Shown here piece by piece: positions 28,299 to 32,000 of a stretch of DNA of 32,000 nucleotides. This DNA is from Geobacter metallireducens GS-15 (lineage in GTDB: Bacteria > Desulfobacterota > Desulfuromonadia > Geobacterales > Geobacteraceae). The stretch is from the NCBI RefSeq assembly GCF_000012925.1, contig NC_007517.1, positions 1,920,001-1,952,000 of the forward strand, read 5' to 3'. Each line of letters begins with the position of its first letter. The first letter of the stretch is position 1. The notes under the pieces were generated by a model that did not search any database, was not told where the DNA came from, and saw nothing but the letters and a program-made list of their open reading frames with translations. The position numbers and the translations under genes are program-made.

Positions 28299-28898
28299 AT
28301 GACGAGACCGGACTGCCGCAGCAAATTGATGGAAGTGGGGACACAGCTCTTTGCCGAACGGGGATTGAACGGCGTCAGCATCAGGGAGCTGTCCCACGGG
28401 GCCGGGGCCAGCATCTCCATGGTTTCCTACTATTTCGGCGGAAAGGAAGGGCTGTATTCGGCGGTGTTGCAGGAGCAGTTTGCCTGCTTTGACCAGATCG
28501 GGGAAATCATGGAGCAGCATGCAGGCCCCGTGGACAAGATCGAGGCCTACATCCGCTGGACCATCCAGCGGCACCGGAACAACCCCCATTTGCTCCGGTT
28601 CTACACCAGCGAGCTCACCAACCCAACTTCCTACTTCCCCCGGATCGTTGCGCCGGCAATCGGCAAGGTCATACGGATTCTCGTGAAAGTTGTCGAGGAA
28701 GGGATCCGCGAGGGGGTGTTCAGGCAGGATGCCCACGCCGTTAATGCGGCGCTGGCCCTTGCGGGCATGGTCAACTACTATTTTCTCAGCACCCTTGCCA
28801 CTGAAGACCTGATTAGCCATTCACCCGAGCAGGATGAGCAACTTATTCACCAGTACCGGGAGATTTTCACCCGCGGCATTTTGGCTCCCGCGTCGTAG
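28299..28898 (+). CDS. TetR/AcrR-family transcriptional regulator
   Basis: 199 aa starting MTRPDCRSKLMEVGTQLFAERGLNGVSIRELSHGAGASISMVSYYFGGKEGLY (TetR HTH). GGGAG RBS before the ATG at 28299. Confidence 0.9.
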   Translation: MTRPDCRSKLMEVGTQLFAERGLNGVSIRELSHGAGASISMVSYYFGGKEGLYSAVLQEQFACFDQIGEIMEQHAGPVDKIEAYIRWTIQRHRNNPHLLRFYTSELTNPTSYFPRIVAPAIGKVIRILVKVVEEGIREGVFRQDAHAVNAALALAGMVNYYFLSTLATEDLISHSPEQDEQLIHQYREIFTRGILAPAS

Positions 28899-28908
28899 CT
28901 GCAGAGAA

Positions 28909-29652
28909 TTACCGCCAGCGGGTTCTGAGCCGGGTCAGTTCGCGGCAGTCGGCCGAGGCTATCCGGTGGATGACAAGAATCCCGTTGTCGTCTTCGGCGC
29001 AGGCGCAGCATACGGTTACTTCTTCTCCTGCCAGTGCTTCAGCCCGGTATCCGATCTCAAGGGAAACCAGTTTGTGGCGCTCCGCCACTTCGTCGGGTAC
29101 GGCGTCGAGGGCCCAACCGGCATAGACCATGTGGTTAACGTGGTGGTTCAAGTCCAGGTCCGAACGCCGCACTCTGAAGCGTTCCTCGGCCTGACTTCCT
29201 TTGAGCGCGGGGAGCAACGCAAAGTCGTCGTCAATGGCACGCCGTGGCGTGAGAGGGTAGGGGGGATGACGGTCGACCCGCACCGCCCGCCGGGTCTTGA
29301 AGTCGATAACCGCCCACGATGTGGTGGCGCGGGCCATGACAGCCCCCGTCCGGTCCAGCAGTTCGAACTCGCGGCAGGTAAAGCGCCCTTCCCGCAGCGA
29401 GGGCCAGGTTCGCACCGTCATCTCGTTTCGTACCCTCGGATAACGTTCGATGCTGAGATGGACCCGGGACAACACCCAGGTGAGTCCTTCGGCCATAAGT
29501 GACCTGACCGTCCCCCCCAAGAGTGTCATGTGCTCCGATGCCGCTTCCTGGAGGTAACCGAGAAGCGTCACGGGGCTTACGAAGCCGTGGGGGTCCACGT
29601 CGAAGGAGCGGATGGTGAAGGAGGTTTCGAAGATTGAGTTTTCCGTTTTCAT
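28909..29652 (-). CDS. Acyl-ACP thioesterase (FatA/FatB-like, double hotdog)
   Basis: 247 aa. It starts …FETSFTIRSFDVDPHGFVSPVTLLGYLQEAASEH… and contains …RRSDLDLNHHVNHMVY…, typical of the acyl-ACP thioesterase family. Confidence 0.82.
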   Translation of the reverse strand: MKTENSIFETSFTIRSFDVDPHGFVSPVTLLGYLQEAASEHMTLLGGTVRSLMAEGLTWVLSRVHLSIERYPRVRNEMTVRTWPSLREGRFTCREFELLDRTGAVMARATTSWAVIDFKTRRAVRVDRHPPYPLTPRRAIDDDFALLPALKGSQAEERFRVRRSDLDLNHHVNHMVYAGWALDAVPDEVAERHKLVSLEIGYRAEALAGEEVTVCCACAEDDNGILVIHRIASADCRELTRLRTRWR

Positions 29653-29773
29653 AGTGCTCTTTTTCTAGCAGATTCCCTTTGCTCATTCCACCGCTTTTCG
29701 CCCCGGTTTGCCCAGCGACCCGAATGCGGTAGACTGTATCACCTGATTGATATTTGATTTTGTGGAGGTTGTC

Positions 29774-30778
29774 ATGGAAGAGAAAACCTGGACCCCGGCA
29801 GAACTGCTGCAACTCTCCGGGGGCTACTGGAGCGCCTGCGCGCTTCATGCCGCTGTAGCCCTCGATGTGGTGACCCCCCTGGCAGGCGAGGCGCTTACCG
29901 CTGCCGAGGTGGCCGGGCGTCTCGCCGTTGACGTTCGTGGCGTTGCCATGCTCCTCGACGCCCTGGCGGCCATGGCCCTGGTACATAAGCGGGAAGACCG
30001 CTACGAAGCCGCACCGTTCGCGGCCCGGTATCTCGCCAAGAGTTCGCCGGAGTATCTGGGGTACATCATCATGCATCATCACCACCTCATGGCGGGATGG
30101 TCGCAGCTCGACGAGGCGGTGCGGCGGGGAGCCCCGGTGCGGGAGAGCGCTTCCCATGGCGACGATGAGGGGGCGCGGGAGAACTTCCTCATGGGAATGT
30201 TCAACCTGGCCATGCAGAGTGCGCCGAAGGTTGTCCCGCTCATCGACCTCACCGGCCGCAAACGCTTGCTGGATCTTGGGGGAGGACCCGGTACCTGGGC
30301 AATCCACTTCTGTCTCCAGAATCCGGGATTGGACGCGATTGTCTATGATCTTCCCACCACCCGCCGCTTTGCCGAGGAGACCGTCGCCCGCTTCGGACTT
30401 GCGGATCGGGTCGGGTTCGTGGCTGGGGATTTCCTCGAAAACGATACTCCAAAGGGCTTCGACGTGGTCTGGCTTTCCCATATCCTCCACGCCTATGGCC
30501 CGGACCAGTGCGCCGTGATCCTCGAGAAGGCGGTGAGAGCCCTGGAACCGGGAGGACTTCTCCTCGTCCAGGAGTTCGTTCTGGACGACACCAGATCCGG
30601 TCCCCTCTTTCCGGCGCTCTTTTCCCTGAATATGCTCGTGGGAACCACAGCCGGGCAGTCTTATTCCGAAGGCGAACTCTCTTCCATGATGGCTGCAGCC
30701 GGTCTCCGTGACGTGAGGCGCCTGCCGCTGGAATTGCCGAACGGTGCCGGGATTATTGCCGGGACGGTTCGGCAATGA
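29774..30778 (+). CDS. SAM-dependent O-methyltransferase, family 2 (COMT/CrtF-like, with N-terminal dimerisation/winged-helix domain)
   Basis: 334 aa starting at MEEKTWTPAELLQL. The SAM motif is LLDLGGGPGTWA, followed by VYDLP, GDFL and SHILHAYGPDQC. GGAGG RBS before the ATG at 29774. Confidence 0.85.
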   Translation: MEEKTWTPAELLQLSGGYWSACALHAAVALDVVTPLAGEALTAAEVAGRLAVDVRGVAMLLDALAAMALVHKREDRYEAAPFAARYLAKSSPEYLGYIIMHHHHLMAGWSQLDEAVRRGAPVRESASHGDDEGARENFLMGMFNLAMQSAPKVVPLIDLTGRKRLLDLGGGPGTWAIHFCLQNPGLDAIVYDLPTTRRFAEETVARFGLADRVGFVAGDFLENDTPKGFDVVWLSHILHAYGPDQCAVILEKAVRALEPGGLLLVQEFVLDDTRSGPLFPALFSLNMLVGTTAGQSYSEGELSSMMAAAGLRDVRRLPLELPNGAGIIAGTVRQ

Positions 30779-30868
30779 TATCCGTTGGCATCCATTGATG
30801 AATAAATATCTAAAGTCTTTTCGTGCAGCCGCCGATACCTATTATTGAGCAGTTAGATTATCGCCCGT

Positions 30869-31054
30869 ATGGCGAAGGGGTTCGGTGTGGAAGAGGCAGT
30901 TTACAAGTTCCCGTTTCTCTCTGTGGCGCAGGTCCATTCTTTTTCAATGGACCGCCCCGTTTCCATTGTTTTCGGACCGGACAACATGTACTGGGTGGTT
31001 CCCGACGCCGTTGCCCGAGAACTTCATCGCCGCGGCTATCAATTCTGCCAGTGA
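30869..31054 (+). CDS. Hypothetical small protein (61 aa); weak call
   Basis: Third-position GC is about 64% in this frame and the sequence looks globular. There is no convincing RBS. Two other frames are also open here. Confidence 0.4.
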   Translation: MAKGFGVEEAVYKFPFLSVAQVHSFSMDRPVSIVFGPDNMYWVVPDAVARELHRRGYQFCQ

Positions 31055-31079
31055 CGATTGCTGTATCCATGTTTAGCCG

Positions 31080-31109
31080 TTGACTTGCCCTGTTCATTGA
31101 CGTTAGAAT
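31080..31109 (+). promoter_or_regulatory. Predicted sigma70 promoter upstream of yacG-gltX
   Basis: TTGACT (31080-31085), an 18-nt spacer, then TAGAAT (31104-31109). Confidence 0.45.
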
Positions 31110-31144
31110 CCGGCCGTTGAACCTGGCCGGATATCCTGAACCTG

Positions 31145-31175
31145 CCCCAGGTATGCCACAGCACCTGGGGTTTTT
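31145..31175 (+). terminator. Intrinsic terminator-like hairpin between the predicted promoter and yacG (attenuator, or the end of a short RNA)
   Basis: CCCCAGGT (31145-31152) / ACCTGGGG (31163-31170) with a 10-nt loop, followed by TTTTTGTTTG. It ends 11-15 nt before the yacG ATG. Confidence 0.6.
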
Positions 31176-31185
31176 GTTTGCACAA

Positions 31186-31377
31186 ATGAGCGAAAAACCA
31201 ATCACCATAGTGCCGTGTCCACGCTGTCGGAAAGAAACCCCCTGGCAGGGAAACCCCTTCCGACCCTTCTGCTCCGAGCGGTGCAAGACCATGGATCTTG
31301 CCGCCTGGGCCGATGAGGAATACCGCATCGCCAGTGAGGATACCCCTGGCGATGATGAATCTGACGAAAACCCGTAA
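31186..31377 (+). CDS. yacG: DNA gyrase inhibitor YacG (zinc-ribbon protein)
   Basis: 63 aa: [48 protein letters not shown]…. It has the CPxC…FCSxRC zinc ribbon and an acidic tail, colinear with E. coli YacG. The track's longer start at 31117 is not supported. Confidence 0.85.
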
Positions 31378-31387
31378 AGGAGTTCCC

Positions 31388-32000
31388 ATGTCCGACGTAC
31401 GCCTCCGCTTCGCGCCGAGCCCCACCGGTTACCTTCACGTTGGGGGGGCGCGTACCGCGCTTTTCAACTGGCTCCTGTCCCGCAAGGAAAAAGGGACTTT
31501 CATCCTCCGCATCGAGGACACCGACGTGGCCCGTTCCACCCAGGAATCGGTGGACGCCATCCTTCAGGGGATGGCCTGGCTTGGCCTCGGCTGGGACGAA
31601 GGTCCCTTCTACCAGTCGGAGCGTTTTCCCGTCTACAAGGAGTTCGTGGAGAAGCTCGTGGCCGAGGGTAAGGCATACCGTTGCTACTGCACCTCCGAGG
31701 CGCTGGAGGCCAAGCGGGAGCTGGCCATGAAGGAGGGGCGCAAGCCCAAGTACGACGGCACCTGTCGCAACGGAGTGGAGGAGCCCGGGGATAAGCCGTA
31801 CGTAATCCGTTTCAAGGCGCCCCACGAAGGGGTAACGGTCTTCGATGACCTCATCAAGGGTCGGATTGCCTTCAATAACGACGAACTGGACGACCTCATC
31901 ATCCAGCGCAGTGACGGCACCCCCACCTACAACTTCGTTGTGGTTATCGACGACGCCACCATGGGGATAACCACCGTTATCCGGGGCGATGACCATATCA
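31388..32000 (+). CDS. gltX: Glutamyl-tRNA synthetase, N-terminal part (continues beyond the window)
   Basis: Starts [29 protein letters not shown] (the HIGH-type motif), then …ILRIEDTD…[39 protein letters not shown]. The frame is open to the window end. Confidence 0.95.

Noticed and set aside
29231-30775. 514-aa minus-strand ORF
   Set aside because: It is antisense to the O-methyltransferase gene and runs across the divergent promoter region into the thioesterase gene in another frame. It is R/G/P-rich and has no RBS.

Overview
High-GC (about 60%) chromosomal segment with deltaproteobacterial, Geobacter/Desulfuromonadales-like gene content (inference from content only). No rRNA, tRNA or CRISPR array was seen. 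Acyl-CoA metabolism on the minus strand dominates. (1) 315-13439 is an 11-gene short-chain beta-oxidation and electron-transfer cluster: thiolase, hbd, crotonase, two acyl-CoA dehydrogenases, EtfAB, a membrane Fe-S oxidoreductase, a GctAB-like CoA-transferase and a short family III CoA-transferase. An oppositely oriented IS110-family element interrupts it between thiolase and hbd. (2) 13770-20095 is a second operon: a Cys-rich 191-aa protein, fused isobutyryl-CoA mutase IcmF, a double-hotdog thioesterase and an M24 metallopeptidase, with a divergent small MerR-family regulator. The rest holds yaiI, yaeQ, an aldo/keto reductase-ferredoxin fusion, a 992-aa NAD-glutamate dehydrogenase, a succinyl-CoA:acetate CoA-transferase-type enzyme, TetR, an acyl-ACP thioesterase, an O-methyltransferase, yacG and the 5' part of gltX. 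Items most worth follow-up: (a) the 167-nt non-coding left end of the IS110 element folds into two paralogous internal-loop stem-loops whose loop strands repeat the DNA at the element borders, a candidate bridge/guide RNA, and the element sits beside a REP-like hairpin; (b) a 32-nt hairpin core occurs in two intra-operon spacers with a compensatorily changed outer helix; (c) a 53-nt promoter module is duplicated at the heads of the thiolase and icmF operons, with recurring ACGTAAAG-type boxes; (d) promoter-then-terminator leaders precede the icmF operon and yacG-gltX. All functional calls come from reading the translations and motifs; no database search was run.
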